Shown here one piece after another: positions 13,721-25,899 of a DNA stretch of 64,000 nucleotides. Source of the DNA: Felis catus (taxonomy: Eukaryota); assembly GCF_018350175.1 (NCBI RefSeq), contig NC_058368.1:127784001-127848000 (forward strand), written 5' to 3'. Both the position numbers and the translations under genes were made by a program. The notes under the pieces are model-generated. The model searched no databases. It saw only the letters and a list, made by a program, of their open reading frames with translations, and was not told where the DNA came from. The first letter of the stretch is position 1, and the number at the start of each line of letters is the position of its first letter.

Positions 13721-14041
13721 TGGCGCATCTGGGTGGCTCAGTTGGCTGAGTGTCTGACTTCAGCTCAGGTCATGATCTCATGGTTCATGAATTTTAGCCC
13801 TGCATCAAACTCTGGGCTGACGGCTTAGATGGAGAGGGAACCTGGGTGGCTCAGTCAGTCGAGTGTCCAATTTCAGCTTAGGTCATGATCACAAAGTTGG
13901 TGAGTTCAAGCCCCACATTGGGCTTGCTGCTGCCAGTACAGAGCGTGCTTCAGATCCTGTCCTCCTCTTTATTTGCCCCTCCCCCATTCGTGCTCGCTCT
14001 GTCTCTCTCTCTCTCAAAAATAAAATATGAACATTAAAAAA
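13721..14041 (+). mobile_element. Two adjacent Can-SINEs (3'-truncated head 13721-13830 followed by a full copy 13836-14041)
   Basis: Two successive CTGGGTGGCTCAG heads with GGTCATGATC; a single CT region and tail. Confidence 0.88.
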
Positions 14042-14125
14042 TGTAAATGGAGAAAAACACTTAAGAGAGAAATATGAAAATCTATGACATTCCAAATTAT
14101 TCCTTTGCCAAGTTCATAGCATTTC

Positions 14126-15083
14126 TTTTTTTTAATATGAAATTTATTGCCAAATTGGTTTCCATACAACACTCAGTGCTTATCTCAACAGATGCCCTCC
14201 TCAAAGCCCATCAATGCCCATCACCCACCTTCCCCTCCTTCCCACCCCCTATCAACCCTCAGTTTATTCTCAGTTTTTAAGAGTCTCCTATGGTTTGGCT
14301 CTCTCCCTCTCTAACTTCTTTTTTTCCTTCCTCTCCCCCATGGTCTATTGTTAAGTTTCTCAGGATCCACATAAGAGTAAAAACATACGATATCTTTCTC
14401 GTATGACTTATTTCACTTAGCATAACACTCTCCAGTTCCATCCACATTGCTACAAAAGGCCATATTTCATTCTTTCTCATTGCCAAGTAGTATTCCATTG
14501 TGTATATAAACCACAATTTCTTTATCCATTCATCAGTTGGTGGACATTTAGGCTCTTTCCATAATTTGGCTCTTGTTGAAAGTGCTGCTGTAAACATTGG
14601 GGTAGAAGTGCCCCTATGCACCAGCACTCCTGTATCCCTTGGGTAAATTCCTAGCAGTGCTATTGCTGGGTCATAGGGTAGATCTAGTTTTAATTTTTTG
14701 AGGAACCTCCACACTGTTTTCCAGAGTGGCTGCACCAGTTTGCATTCCCACCAACAGTGCAAGAGGGTTCCCGTTTCTCCACATCCTCTCCAACATCTAT
14801 AGTCTCCTGATTTGTTCATTTTAGCCACTCTGACTGGTGTGAGATAGTATCTGAGTGTGGTTTTGATTTGTATTTCCCTGATGAGGAGTGATGTTGAGCA
14901 TCTTTTCATGTGCTTGTTGGCCATCTGGATGTCTTCTTTAGAGAAGTGTCTATTCATGTTTTCTGCCCATTTCTTCACTGGGTTATTTGCTTTTTGGGTG
15001 TGGAGTTTGGTGAGCTCTTTATAGATTTTGGATACTAGCCCTTTGTCTGATATGTCATTTGCAAATATCTTTTCCCATTCCGT
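14126..15083 (-). mobile_element. Young 5'-truncated felid L1 with 15-bp TSD
   Basis: ORF 14277..14978 is the L1 ORF2 C-terminus ([27 protein letters not shown]); TSD AGTTCATAGCATTTC at 14111-14125 and 15084-15098. Confidence 0.96.
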
Positions 15084-16514
15084 AGTTCATAGCATTTCAA
15101 ACCATTAACAGATGTCCTTCTTCTGTGAGAGTCAATACACAGCCCTGAAGTCAGAGTGACCCTATCCCATATGGAAAGCTAACTGATGTATACATTGAAG
15201 GTTTTCAACATCTCAGATCTTACAATTCTGTTTTGTCATCCTTGAAAGTTTGTAAAGGTTGCTTAATCACAATACACAAAAGCTCAGACATGTTAGGCTT
15301 ATTTATAGAGTTGTTAAACAGCATACATTTGAGCACATTTAAAGCACCTGGTCAAAACAACCCAAAGTAGAACTGTGGAACTGTTCATTCTAAAAGGCTC
15401 TCTCAATTTCAGTATCTTGACCCAGACACTTCATTAGGAAGGTAATAGCTGCAGGCCAAAGTTCCCTTCAAAAAATAGTTACTCTTGGGGCCACAATGTG
15501 TCTTTCTAAAGGGGTTGCATAAGCCTCTAGACCCACTGTGTGATACCTGACAGAGCAAGTTTCTGGTGTGCTGATACACAGGAAGAAAGAACAAAAAGTT
15601 ATGATGTTAAGAAATTAAGGAAAATAAATCCAAAGGACATGAAAAGCCTCCTTTCCCATCAAAGATTTACAATTACCAGTGTCTCAGTGTAGGTTGATGA
15701 AGAGACCTGGTGGCAGGCTTACCTTCAACAACAAGGAACTGAGACAACTTGGCTAAAATAGTCTCAATTCCCCATTAGCCCTTTCTCTGAAGGAATCTGG
15801 GGGTTTGGTTAACTGAAGTGGCTACAGGATGTAAGCCCTAACTTTACCTTCTGCTTCCCTTCCAAAGCTTAGATATTCCAGAAAATTATACACCTGATTT
15901 TTATAGTTCTCAAATACTCAATTCACAAATAATTTTTGCCTCAGAATGTAATAATAGTCCCTTTCATACATTCTTAGTCTTTGTTTCTTGTTAGTCACGC
16001 TTGTCCATGGTTTCTCCTGGCTGACTTCATGTACAAATTACCCTGGTTTCACCTTTCTAAAAGACAAACTCTTTCCTCCAAAATACTGAATAAGTTTGCA
16101 AATGGTAAGCACAATTTCACTTACACTTGATTCTTAGATTCTTATTAAGAAGGAAACAAACTTTGAACCAAGGTAAGTATAACCATACTGACAATTCTCT
16201 ATTTGGCACTTAGAGACTATTTGTTTTTAGCAACACATTTAAATGTAATTAATTGAGTTAGGTTTTTACCTAAGAATTTTAATTATATACATGGCCAACT
16301 ATATAGAGATATATTAGATCTATTGCATTATTTTCTTTTAATAGCAGATGATATAACATGAGGTTTGAATGAGAAATCATGGTTAGCCATCGAATTCTTT
16401 TAGATACCAAAGTTAAATGAATGAATCACGGCTGAAATTTATTTAAATTTTAACTATATTCTCTTCTTACTCAAATGTAGACAAAACAAGATAATGATTC
16501 TAAGATAAACCTGC

Positions 16515-17370
16515 TGTGCAGAAAAGAGTTAACATCAGTCCTGTGACATTATCTTCAGAAAAGCCTGTTTGAAAGTTTGCCCTTGGCTGGTATCTAGAAA
16601 CTGGGATTTCAGGAGACTGCCCACCATTCCCTAAATGCTAAGAGACATTCACTGTGCCTAACCTGGTTCTAAAAGAGAAAAAAAAGTGGTTTGTGCTGAA
16701 CAACTGCTTTCCCTCTGGGAATCTGAAATTTAGGCATAGGCTGGATAGAGGGTGCCTAAGTGACCAGCCCCCAGTAAAAATTCTGATCACTGAGTCTATT
16801 TTTTATTTCCTGGGTTTTTATCTTGCTTTTTTTTTTTAACTGTGGTAAGAACATTTAGCATGAGATCTCCCCTGACTAATTTTTAAGCGCACAACACAAT
16901 GTTGTTCATTATAGGCATAATGATACAGATCTCTAGAGCTGATTCATTTTGCATAATTGAAATGATATACCCATTGAATAGCAATTTCCCATTTCCCTAC
17001 CCTTAGCCCCGGGCAACCCCCTTATCTTTCTGTGAGTTGCACCGTTTCACATTCCTCACACAAGCACCAAGTCTTTCAGAGGTTTTTCTGGTATAAGACT
17101 TATCCGGTGACACATTTCACAGGTGTTGTCACAGCTCACTTCTAGAGGAATTAAGGGCATCCTGTCTGACTCTACTGTAATTGGAGACTCTAGGAAGCTT
17201 CCGGCTGCTTTCCTACAGATTTTGCCCCATGTGCCTTTCTCTTTGCTGATTTTGCTTTGTGTTCTTTGGCTGTAATAAATCTCAGCCATGAATAGGACTA
17301 TTGGCTGAGCCCTGCGAGCTCATCTAGCAAATCATGGAATCTAGGGGAAGTCTTGGTGACCCCTGACTCA
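16515..17370 (+). mobile_element. MER21-like solo LTR, interrupted by an L1 3' fragment (about 16820-17058, minus)
   Basis: Starts TGTGCAGAAAAGAGTTAACAT...GCCCTTGGCTGG; has AATAAA at about 17274; ends GTCTTGGTGACCCCTGACTCA. Confidence 0.75.
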
Positions 17371-18658
17371 ATCCCTGATATCTGGGAATCCTGCCCTATA
17401 CACAGATGAACAGTAGTAGTTCATCTTTGATCCCAAAGAGAGGGCAAATCAGTTTTTTGAGACAGTATTTTTCAATGTTCAGGTCAAGCTGCCATATAAA
17501 ATTCCCAACTGCTTCAGTGTGTTTGATCAATAAGTGTACAATCTTCCTTACATACACGGTTCATCAAAAACAAAAACCAAAGACAACTAGACACATATTT
17601 CCACTTTCCATTTCTTTAAGAATTTGGTATATTCTTACTTACCTAGTAGTAATTTCTTCATACCTTTTAATAACACAAGTCCTTTGACCTGGTCTCTAAC
17701 AATTCAAACTAAACTCAGTATCATAGAGGGCAGTTACTAGCAAAATGTCTTCTAATTACAACTTTTCTAACAACTTCTAGGAAAATCCAGAAGCACCTTT
17801 CCTAGACATGCCTTCAATTTGGCGGAGAATGGGGAAGAATCACATTTGTCACCTAACAAATTGCTTTGTTCTCATAATCTTAGCGAATGCTCTAGAGTCT
17901 TTCCAAATATGGGCCACTGGCTTCTTCCTTTCTTTCCTATTCAATCTTCTTAAAAATGCAGCTGACCAAAACAGCAAAGAATGGATGTGCCCATTATCCA
18001 TACTTTCTTTCTCAATGTTTACCTGGCAACATTGCTCTTAAAGAGTAAAATCTCCATTGCTAAAGAGCAGAGAAGAACAAAAACACAACTATTCTGCAAA
18101 GTCAGCAATACAAAAGTTATTGAATGATGGAGACAGTGACTGTGTGTGATCCTTCCATAACTAACACTATATAAAACCACCTCCTTTTGGGAACTGAAAC
18201 AGTATTCTGGTAAGCAACACCTTGATGTGTCAAAGGCCAAATTACTAGCCTCCTGAATATAATTGCTTATTTCCTTGGATTCTTATTACATGACAATCTA
18301 TTCTTGATTCAAAATTCATTTTGTACCAGTGAACATGACCTACTGTTTCCAGATATGTATGCCTATGTATTAATGTGTTAATTAGTTCTCATGTATTAAG
18401 AATTTTTTTATTAAATCACATATGACCAATATTAATTTTCCAAGTCCAAGTCTCCTTTCTTAGATGTTTATTCTCATTCACCAATACCTGTTCAACTCCT
18501 CTGTGTAAAACCGTTTGACTAAAACAGCTTCTCCTGTAGAGGTAGAGACATTTTCCTCCCAATCAAATCAGGCAATGAGCCACAAAATCTCAAAAGACCA
18601 AAGATAACAATCACCATCCAAAATATAAAACGGGAAAATGTTGCCCAGAGGCACTCAC

Positions 18659-18888
18659 CCACTGGAGTCTGCAGAAGTGATAGCAATCAGTGGTAGAATC
18701 TTCAGAGGGAGGCTGGTCGGTCTGGGAATGTTCTCTGATTCACTTTTCAAGTCTGCTTGTTCCAACTGTCTGAAGGCAAGAGGGGGAAGCTGAACATTGC
18801 GGCAAGAAAGTCTCCGTACAAGATAGGGTTCCATTCCTCGGAAAGGGTCTTCCTCTTCATTACTGGAATGCAGTGTTTCCTCAGAAGC
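18659..18888 (-). CDS. PDE4D: Internal coding exon of cAMP phosphodiesterase 4D, PDE4D7-specific N-terminal exon (about aa 15-91), 230 bp, phase 0 to 2
   Basis: Minus strand: cttttgccttag|GCTTCTGAG...TCCAGTGG|gtgagt; open frame ASEETLHSSNEEEDPFRGMEPYLVRRLSCRNVQLPPLAFRQLEQADLKSESENIPRPTSLPLKILPLIAITSADSSG, recognised as the PDE4D7 unique N-terminus; missed by the ORF track. Confidence 0.96.
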
Positions 18889-18964
18889 CTAAGGCAAAAG
18901 GTGAAGACAGTACAGTACTCAATAATGATGGCTTTACACTTTTGGAGAGAGAAATTAAGGGAAA

Positions 18965-19118
18965 TTATATATGAAAAAATATATTTATTTTATTTTATTA
19001 TATATATAATTTATATTTTATTTTGTGTGTGTGTATATATATATATCATTTATTTTGTTATATATATAACATTTATTTTGTATGTGTTTGTGTATATATA
19101 CATATATATATATATATA
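18965..19118. repeat. AT-rich low-complexity / (TA)n tract just upstream of the exon acceptor
   Basis: Direct observation. Confidence 0.85.
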
Positions 19119-20047
19119 ACAATGAAGCAACAATACTAACAGAAATATTTTATGAAAAGATCAGAATAACTGAAATCTAGATTTATTTTCAAAAGAATAA
19201 ATTTGTTCATCAATATATTTAGATAAGGATCAGTGGTTGCAGTTAACTGATCTCCAATAATATTAGAATTTATTAACTCCGTGCATGAATTCTATAAAAT
19301 CAAGGGCAAGTCAAAATAGTTTTCTACCTTCTAAAAGATGACTTATAGAAAATTAATATATACATATCTTCACATATGACATAGGTATACATACATGCCT
19401 ATGAAGAACAAGGGAGAAAATAAGTTATATTCTTTTTCTTTTCATACTTAGGGCCATAGTTATAACACATATTTTCACATGTTATGTGTCACTTGGATAA
19501 ATATTCTATGCAAAGTTTTATAGTAAGATTTTTTAAGGGGAATTAAAAAAAGGACATGAAAAGGAAAGCTGAGAGACCAGCAGATCATAGCTGAATTTTG
19601 CAAATTAGATCCTTATTATACATATGCAGAGGCAAATCAAGCTTAGAATAAAGTAGAAAACTTAGTATTTTGATGCTAGTTGGAAAAAATATAATGTTCC
19701 ATGAGCAATTCCCAGTGGTTGGAAAGTCTACTCGAGCAATGTTTATTATATCCATGTATTCAGAATGACAGAATCACCGACTGTTACCAGATAACATGCT
19801 GGGTTCTAGAGTCTTTGTGTTGCCACATTCTCCTATCATATTCTTAGAGTACTGCTGAATCTCCCTGTGTTTTCTGTTTCTTTATTAGAAACATAATAAA
19901 GTATATTGCTCACTACCTGCAATGTGATACACAATCATAAATAGCAGTTTTGTTTCCTTCTGAGTTTTACAGGTAAAGAAACTCTCCCTGGGAATCAAAG
20001 TACTTTTCCAAAATTTAGGCTGTCCATTATATGTTAAAAATGGACTT

Positions 20048-20340
20048 TGGAGGCACCTGGGTGGCTGAGTCAGTGTAGCATGCGACTCTTGATTTTGGTT
20101 CAGGTCATGATCTCACTGTTCGTGAGCTCAAGGCCCACAGTGGGCTCTGCGCTGACAGCGTGGAGCCTGCTTGGGATTCTTTTTCTCTTCCTTTCTCTTG
20201 GTTCCTCCCCCACTTGTGCTCTCTCCCTACCTATCTCTTTCTCTCAAAATAAACTTAAAAATTGTGTTTTAATAATTGACTTTGAAGATGTGCCTGGGTA
20301 GTTCAGTCGGTTAAGCATCCAACTTCGGCTTAGGTCAACA
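20048..20340 (+). mobile_element. Can-SINE (20048-20261) plus a short second Can-SINE head (about 20285-20340)
   Basis: GGCACCTGGGTGGCTGAGTCAG head, CT region, tail; second head GCCTGGGTAGTTCAGTCGGTTAAGC. Confidence 0.88.
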
Positions 20341-20894
20341 TTTTTAAAACTTGACTTTGGAGAGCCCACCCCTAATTTAGAGTTTCTGTTGCGCTTCTTA
20401 TTATACTAATACCTTTAGATAAGTAAGGTCCATTGTCCTTTTGAACACAGAGGATAATGATTTTTACCACTCAAAGTTATTGTCTGGACCAGAGATACGA
20501 AGTATTTAAAGCACCAATAACTAGCGCAGTTTGCACTCAACAAAATGGCAGCTAGTATTATTATAATCCAAGCTAATTTCCTTTATATTTTCAGAGCACT
20601 ATACTGCCTTTGATACTTTATTTATCCACATCATTTCTATATAGAGAATTTGTCTGTTTCTGGTTTAGACCTTGAAAAATGTGAAAAGATAGGCAATAGC
20701 GTACTCTGTTCACCCATGGATTTTATTATCTAATTTTATGCGTAAGTAGAATAAAATAAGGGCAATGAGAAGGTCAAGAAAAAGTCTAAGCTAAAATCAA
20801 AGTTCATTTGTTTCAAACCTAGATATGAAGATCCAGATTCTGCAAATCTGTGCTTTGAGGACTCTACTTGCTTTGCAGAACAACATTAATAATA

Positions 20895-21190
20895 ATAATG
20901 GCCTTACAAAGGAGGCAGTCTTGCCATTTCTAACAACACAGATGCACCTTGAAAGCATTATGCTAAGTGAAATATGTCAGAAAAAAACAAATTCTGTATG
21001 ATCTCACCTGTATGTAGAATCTAAGAGAAAAAAAAAAAACTCATAGAAAACAGAGGTCAGATTTGTGGTTACCAGAAGCAGGAGTGCAGGGAGAGGAAAT
21101 TGAATGAAAGCAATCAAAAGGAACAAACTTGCAATTATAAGTAAGTACTAGGGATATAGTGTACAATGTGGTGAGTTTAGTTGATATTGC

Positions 21191-21241
<51 letters not shown>

Positions 21242-21430
21242 GAAAGTTGTTGAGAGTAAATCCTAAGAGTTCATTACGAGGATTTTTTTTTCTTTTCCTT
21301 TTAGTATCTATTTGAAATGATGCCTGTTAACTAAACTTATTGTGGTCATGATTTCACATTTGTAAGTCAAAACACAATGTTGTTAAACTTATATACTTAT
21401 ATACTGTATGTCAATTATAACTCAGCAAAA
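20895..21430 (+). mobile_element. L1 3' end (L1MA-type) with internal (TA)n
   Basis: GCATTATGCTAAGTGAAATATGTCAG, GTGGTTACCAGAAGC, CTGTATGTCAATTATAACTCA motifs. Confidence 0.8.
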
Positions 21431-21464
21431 CAGAGAACAAATTTAATAATAACAATGACCAATA

Positions 21465-21660
21465 TTTATTGACTCCTTATTAAATGGTACTGTGTTTTAC
21501 ATATACCAACTCATATAAATTTTATTGAAATTTTCTGAGTTGGGTCGTATTACTTTTCCCATTTTACACATAAAGAAACAGAGACCTATAAAACAGCATA
21601 CCTTCAGCCATATGATTAGTAGGATAACCCTTCCAGTTTGCCTGGCATTGTAAGTTCCAT
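21465..21660 (-). mobile_element. MIR SINE
   Basis: AATATTTATTGACTCCTTA...CCCATTTTACACATAAAGAAACAGAG core. Confidence 0.6.
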
Positions 21661-21944
21661 GTCTGCAGAAACCCCCCAGTCCCAAACTAGGATGGTTGAA
21701 TATCCTACAATCAAGATCCAAAACCAAATCTCTTTCAGTTAAAGGTGCAGCTACTAACAACTATGTTTTACTACTTCTAACAAGTATGATATGGCAGGGT
21801 GCAGACTACCAGAAAAGAACATATATACTCATCGACCAAAATTTAATAAGCCTCACATTTTCATTAAAATAATAGTAATAGTAACAACAACAACAACAAC
21901 AACAGAACTGAAATCAGGACAGCCTATTAATAATAACCCTTGTT

Positions 21945-22161
21945 GGGGCGCCTGGGTGGCTCAGTTGGTTAAGCGGCCGACTTCGGCTCAGGTCATGATC
22001 TCGCGGTCAGTGAGTTCGAGCCCCGCATCGGGCTATGTGCTGACAGCTCAGAGCCTGGAGCCTGTTTCAGATTCTGTGTCTCCCTCTCTCTGACCCTCCC
22101 CCGTTCATGCTCTGTCTCTCTCTGTCTCAAAAATAAATAAACGTTAAAAAAAATTTAAAAA
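21945..22161 (+). mobile_element. Young felid Can-SINE with 16-bp TSD
   Basis: CpG-intact GGGGCGCCTGGGTGGCTCAG; TSD AATAATAACCCTTGTT at 21929-21944 and 22162-22177. Confidence 0.97.
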
Positions 22162-22432
22162 AATAATAACCCTTGTTGATTAAATCAGGAGATAGAGTTT
22201 CCTGGCCCAACTTTGCCATTAATTACTTTTATGCTGTTCAGAAGTCACTGAAGCTGTCGGGCTTTAATTTCCTTAGACATAAAATTGAGAAGTTGTACAA
22301 AATGACCCTTAAGACCACTTTCAGTTTTGAATACTCTGATTTTAAATAGCCAATGGCAAAATCAATGTTTAGGGAGACGGCGATAACAGAAAACAAAGAG
22401 AAAAGGTATACATGTAACATTCTTAGCTTTTA

Positions 22433-22653
22433 TTTTTTTTTAATTTTTTTTAACGTTTATTTATTTTTGAGACAGAGAGAGACAGAGCATGAACAGGGGA
22501 GGGGCAGACAGAGAGGGAGACACAGAATCTGAAACAGGCTCCAGGCTCTGAGCTGTCAGCACATAGCCCGATGCGGGGCTCTAACTCACGGACCGCGAGA
22601 TGATGACCTGAGCCGAAGTCGGACGCTTAACCACCAAGCCACCCAGGCGCCCC
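22433..22653 (-). mobile_element. Young felid Can-SINE with 14-15 bp TSD
   Basis: Ends AGCCACCCAGGCGCCCC on plus; TSD ATTCTTAGCTTTTA at 22419-22432 and 22655-22668. Confidence 0.97.
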
Positions 22654-23336
22654 CATTCTTAGCTTTTAGATTGAGAAAGTGAGCCTCTGTGTGTTTGTGA
22701 AGTTCTGTGTGTTCATCTAAGGACACAAGTGCAGAATGAACCCACATTCTGGGATTGCTAACAGGTCATAATCCGCCTTACACATTTCTCAAGAAGTTAA
22801 TGACTGAAGTGTATAGATACCCTTCTTCAGGATGAACACAGAAAAGAACAAAGGATGAGTCTAGCAGAGCTGAACACTGAACGCAACTGGCCAAAGCTAA
22901 TATATTTTTATAAGTGCTAAACTGCCCACTCTGATAATAGCATTGCTACTGCAAAAACACTTTATATAATCCAGGCTATCTGATTAAAGACTTAATGTTT
23001 GTGACATTGTCTTTTAGATAAAACCACCTCAAGAGGTAACCTCTTTTGAGAGAACAACCTATATTAAAAATAAAGTGGTGTTTTTATCTTGACAATAAAA
23101 ATGATAAAACAGTGTATGCCTGTATCCTAACATTTCCATTCAAAAACAATATGACAAATGGTTTTTTAAAAATTCCAGATCCATGTGCATCAATGATCTT
23201 TCAAAAATAAAAAGAACAAGCCTTATTCTGGAAAGCAATGTAAAACTGACTACTGGGACAACATATATCTTATTGCTGGAAAATGGCATTTTTGCAAAGG
23301 CTGAAGGGATAAGATAGTATTTATAATATCTCTAAG

Positions 23337-23520
23337 CAATCACTTCTTAAAATGTGGTGCTCAAACACCCTGCATGAAAATCACAGACAGTGCCTGTTAA
23401 ACTTCAGATTCCCAGGCCCTGTTCCAGATCTGCATAATGAGAATCTCTATGACTAGGGCCTGGGAGTCTCAATCAGTCTCAAGGATGATTCCTATGCATA
23501 CTAAAACTTGGAAGCAATAA
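23337..23520. mobile_element. MER5-type hAT-Charlie DNA transposon relic
   Basis: CTTCTTAAAATGTGGT...TGTTAAACTTCAGATTCCCAGGCCC...GATGATTCCTATGCATACTAAAACTTGGAAGCA. Confidence 0.75.
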
Positions 23521-24519
23521 TTTTGCATTTTAGACATAGTCCAATAAGAATGGCAAAGATCCAAGTACAAAGATGTTCACTCCAGCTTATGTATAATAAT
23601 GAACAACTGGATGTGATGTAATTGTTGTATTGAAGGATTGGCTTAATAAATTTTGATTTATCATATTATGAAATACTAGGAGGTTGTTAAGGCACGAGCA
23701 TATGTGATAATGGTTATGATATAACATTGACTAAGAAAAACAGATTACAAAGTGATATTATTTTTGTAAAACAAGGCTCAAACAAAACAATAAAAATTTA
23801 ACATATTGTATTCATAGAAAAATTATGGACAGATATATCCCAATTTTCTAAAATGGCTTTTTCTGAGTGACAGTATTGGCGGTGATTTTCATATTTTTGT
23901 TTATTACCACCTCTTATATTTTCCACCAAAAATGTAATATTTAGGGACTAAAAAGTATAGCGAAAGTCTCAGTAATAAAATAATATTTACCTTGTTATTG
24001 ATTCAACTCAGAAATATCACTTACTTAGCTTTAAGATATACAATATCAAAAGAGAAAAAACACTACAATGTTTGAATGAGTTTAATGCAAACCTGTTAAG
24101 TTGTAATAAAATGAAATTCCCTTTGGTAATTAAACAATTTATTTGGAATAGATTTAAAAAATAACTTTGAAATAATTCTTTTCACTGATAGGACAAATAT
24201 GTCTCTGAAAGGCATACCTAAAGAAAACAAGCCCATAATAATTAAGACTTATAATAACTGAGTGAACATTAAATATGTTATTATTATCATTTTATTATTT
24301 TCTTCTTTGTTTTCTTCAGCTTCTGTGCACAGTATTTAATTTCTTTGTTCTCTTTTTCCATCCCAAAGTAGATGGCAAATCAGTTTGCAAAGCCCTAAGA
24401 ATGGGGACCTACACATAACTGGTGTTAAATAAATTGCTATGATTGCTGATAATCTCATAGTTTTTGATATTTGTTTCATTTGTGTATATAAAAATGAAGT
24501 TTTCTAAAGAGAAATTACC

Positions 24520-24915
24520 ATAAAATGTATACACAGTGGCATTGGAGGACAGAATGTTTCTTTCTGGGCACACAGCTACATCACATTTCTAGACTGGGTT
24601 GCAGGTAGTTGTAGAGGTATCGATGGTGTTATATGACATGCAACAGTTTACACAAGCCAAGGAAATGTATGCCACTTTCACATCCGGCCCATAAAAACTG
24701 TGAGAATAACCCTTCCTTTGTCTCACCATCTGTAATCTCTTGCCATATACTGAAGATGGTGGAGACAAAAGATGGAAGTCACGGTTCCTAAATCCCTCTT
24801 CACGGGAGAGTCACTTGACAATCAAAAACATTTAATGTGGGCTACATGAGCCACACATAATTTTTCCATCTGGGAAGCCATTAAAATTGGGGGTTTCCTT
24901 ATTACAGCTAGTGTT
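24520..24915 (+). mobile_element. Old MaLR LTR (MLT1J-like)
   Basis: GGGCACACAGCTACATCACATTTC...AAGATGGAAG...AAGCCATTAAAATTGGGGGTTTCCTTATTACAGC. Confidence 0.65.
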
Positions 24916-25360
24916 ATATGTAGAATCACATCTCTATTCTTTGAGTTCAATTTAACTTAATCATGACATCATCCTTTCCTAGTTAAATTCTTGAATTAAG
25001 AACTGATGAAGTCTCTACTACCTTCCATGTTTGTGTAGGGAGCTGGAAATACAGTTGAGTGAGGCACTTCCTCTCCCTTAAGTGCTGACATTCATTTAGG
25101 GAGAAAGATAAATAGACAATAGCCAGTAGAATGACAGCTGCACAGAAGTTAGGGCCCTTTGGATACAGAGGTAGGGTGACACTTTTGCGAGTGAAAGAGG
25201 TTTCTAACGCAAGTAGAAAACTCAGACTTTCTGAGGCAAACTGAGCTCTATGATTCTACTTCCCCAAAATGTTTGCTTGGGGGATCCTCTGTCTCTTACA
25301 TCTTAGCAATGCCCTAAGGTACTCTCTTTCCACAGTCTTTCTCCACATCTGACATACTGC

Positions 25361-25759
25361 TGGTTGAAAACCTCAGGAGCTTCCTGAGTGAATCTGAAAC
25401 TGTCCCCACTCACAAAGAGGGCAGGGAGAGAGAAGCGGGAGACACAGGTCCTCCCCAGTTAGCAGGACACAGGCAGACCCAGCCCGGGAAGTTACAGGAG
25501 GTGGGTGGTGAGCGCTGCCAGCAGCCGCCACAATCTTGAGTTTATGCAGACGCCTCACCTGAGCTCGGTCACAGACACCCCGAAGTTGTCAACAGCACAT
25601 TGCTCCCTCAAGGTTGCGCCCTTAAAGTCAGCTCCTGCTGTGGAAAGCATGTGTGGAAGGTACAGTCCCAGGACCCATGGAGGTGAGGAGCCTCTGAGTG
25701 CCCGGATCCAGCCGGCGGGTCAGCTGGAGGTCACTACCTCCCCATGACCTCCTGGGACA
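25361..25759 (-). repeat. 3' LTR of the provirus (GC/CpG-rich)
   Basis: TGGTTGAAAACCTCAGGAGCTTCCTG...TGACCTCCTGGGACA aligns end-to-end with 31848-32263. Confidence 0.88.
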
Positions 25760-25899
25760 CTGCACCGGTGGGGTGGCTGTCATAACCTCTCACACCCTCT
25801 TCCACAATGAGCTCTGAGCAGTCATTAAGGGGTTCCCCCCTGAGGGAGGCAGCCTTTTGGCGGCAGCTGCACTGGGGGCAGATCACATAGCAGCAATTT

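Noticed and set aside
14277..14978. Longest ORF in the window (233 aa)
   Set aside because: C-terminus of L1 ORF2 in a 5'-truncated copy, not a host gene
18757..19119. 120-aa plus-strand ORF overlapping the PDE4D exon
   Set aside because: Antisense shadow of the real exon running into an AT-rich low-complexity tract
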